Positions 61,558 through 64,000 of a stretch of DNA of 64,000 nt are shown here, in pieces (positions within the stretch are counted from its first letter, which is position 1; each line of letters starts with the position of its first letter). Source of the stretch: Eledone cirrhosa (taxonomy: Eukaryota); NCBI GenBank assembly GCA_964016885.1, contig CAXHJY010001097.1, positions 158,354 to 222,353 of the forward strand, in the 5' to 3' direction. Below the pieces are notes generated by a model. It was not told the origin of the DNA. It saw only the letters and a list, made by a program, of their open reading frames with translations, and ran no database searches. The position numbers and the translations under genes were made by a program.

Positions 61558-61566
61558 TATCTAGTT

Positions 61567-61598
<32 letters not shown>

Positions 61599-61614
61599 AT
61601 ATATATATACTTAC

Positions 61615-61655
<41 letters not shown>

Positions 61656-61676
61656 TATATATATATATCTAGTTAC

Positions 61677-61724
<48 letters not shown>

Positions 61725-62057
61725 TATATATATAGTTACGTATATATATATAATATATATATTTATAGTTACGTATATATATAATATATATATAATATAT
61801 ATATTTATAGTTACGTATATATATAATATATAATATATATATAATATATATATATATAGTATATAATATATATATAGTTACAGACACACAATTATACATA
61901 CGTAACTATATTCTTCGTTTTGAATAATATATATATATATATGCCTACGTAACTATATATATATAATTACGTACGTATATATATATATATATATATCTGT
62001 ATGGCCGACCGTCTGCATTTATACATATATATATTATCTTCTATTATTGCATGTATT

Positions 62058-62111
<54 letters not shown>

Positions 62112-62179
62112 CTTCTACTATTGTATGTATTTGTATATATATATATATATATATATTATCTTCTACTATTGTATGTATT

Positions 62180-62215
<36 letters not shown>

Positions 62216-62319
62216 CTTCTATTATTGCATGTATTTGTATATATATATACAGATACATGCAATAATAGAAGATAATATATATATATATATATATATACAG
62301 ATACATGCAATAATAGAAG

Positions 62320-62367
<48 letters not shown>

Positions 62368-62387
62368 AATACATGCAATAATAGAAG

Positions 62388-62423
<36 letters not shown>

Positions 62424-62452
62424 AATATACAAATACATGCAATAATAGAAGA

Positions 62453-62492
<40 letters not shown>

Positions 62493-62548
62493 AATACATG
62501 CAATAATAGAAGATTATATATATATACAAATACATGCAATAGTAGAAG

Positions 62549-62614
<66 letters not shown>

Positions 62615-62968
62615 ATATATATATATATATATATACAAAATACATGCAATAATAGAAGATAATATATATATATATAAATGCAGACGGTCGGCCATACAGA
62701 TAATATATATATATATACGTACGTAATTATATATATATATAGTTACGTAGGCATATATATATATATATTATTCAAAACGAAGAATAATAGTTACGTATGT
62801 ATAATTGTGTGTGTCTGTAACTATATATATATTATATATATTATATACTATATATATATATATTATATATATATTATATATTATATATATACGTAACTAT
62901 ATATATATATATTTTATATATATATAAATATATATATATATATACAAATACATGCAATAATAGAAGAT

Positions 62969-63022
<54 letters not shown>

Positions 63023-63072
63023 CTATATATATATTATATATATATATATACAAATACATGCAATAATAGAAG

Positions 63073-63117
<45 letters not shown>

Positions 63118-63163
63118 AATATATATATATATATATATACACAGATACATGCAATAATAGAAG

Positions 63164-63208
<45 letters not shown>

Positions 63209-63242
63209 TATATATATACTTATATATATATACAAATACATG
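61310..63242. repeat. (TA)n-based compound satellite containing a large palindrome
   Basis: TAGTTACG and TATCTTCTATTATTGCATG units; 61876-62060 inverted at 62640-62825. Confidence 0.85.
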
Positions 63243-63554
63243 CTATACCTCTCATTTATATTTATACTCGGATTCTTTTCCTAGAGTGCTTAAACTATCT
63301 GTGACTAATCCCGGTTTTTTTCATAAAAACTGTGATAATATTGCTATTTTGCTGAACTCCTTTGTAGAGTTTTTTTCAGAATGTATTTGACTGCTATTTC
63401 TAGTAAATAAACATTCACTTCCATCCTGACGTCACTAGCCCCGATTTTTTCCTCATGTGCTTTTTCATAAATACACATGAAGGGCGAACTAGCCAGTTTT
63501 AGAATTCCCTTTTTCGGATTATATTACTGTGAGAGCCCCTGGTTTTCTGTTGAG

Positions 63555-63634
63555 CTCTGCTGATGATTGAAATTCCAACCGTGACCATCTCCACTGAAAG
63601 TTTTCATGAAATAGTCTTTTAAGACTATACAGAG
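63555..63634 (+). ncRNA. Type I hammerhead ribozyme motif with a full stem III
   Basis: Stem I CTCTG/CAGAG; CTGATGA 63560-63566; stem II TGAAA/TTTCA; GAAA 63608-63611; stem III ATAGTCT/AGACTAT; predicted cleavage after A63629. Confidence 0.72.
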
Positions 63635-63906
63635 ACATTTGATGTTATTCCAAATTGAAGGATAAGTGTTTCAAACTTTATTTATCATGAGTTAAAGGTC
63701 TATAGATTTTCCCTGGATTTTACTAAATTCTGTGGATGAATTTATATCCTGATTCTCTTTTGAGATGAGTTTGAGTTATTTTTCTCCTAAATCTTTCGTT
63801 AACTACTTTTCCCATCTTGACGTTATAGTCGCATATATGTTATAGAATGCCGTTAGCTTCTCGCTAAAACAATCTCTATACCTCTCATTTATATATATAT
63901 AAATAT

Positions 63907-63963
<57 letters not shown>

Positions 63964-64000
63964 AATATATAATATATATATATAATATATATATATATAT

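Overview
AT-rich, microsatellite-dense animal DNA. The tandem C2H2 zinc-finger genes without a KRAB domain, abundant RTE LINEs and tRNA-derived SINEs suggest an octopus or other coleoid cephalopod (inference). The window is a C2H2-ZNF cluster in turnover. It has one near-intact 13-finger gene (10739-11902), an inverted paralog collapsed to about 3 fingers (~35.3 kb), a frameshifted two-module array (39.8-42.4 kb), a cassette with no fingers (46.8-47.6 kb), and a dead finger amplified as an 80-bp minisatellite (6.5-7.2 kb). Four cassettes share an 89-nt non-coding exon. Mobile DNA includes at least 7 RTE copies (one with an intact ORF and a PHD finger inside the RT), a CR1/L2-like LINE, a Tx1-type LINE in a (TC)n tract with a 17-bp TSD, SINEs, and Merlin-like, Helentron-like and Penelope-like remnants. 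About a dozen intact, degenerate or partial type I hammerhead ribozyme motifs are present. Best novelty candidates: (1) in-phase -1 slippery heptamers linking ORF1 to an ORF2 lacking an upstream AUG in the CR1-like LINE; (2) a 633-nt terminally redundant unit with a three-stem hammerhead (retrozyme-like); (3) finger-array expansion after loss of coding capacity. All calls were made by eye, with no searches or folding programs run.
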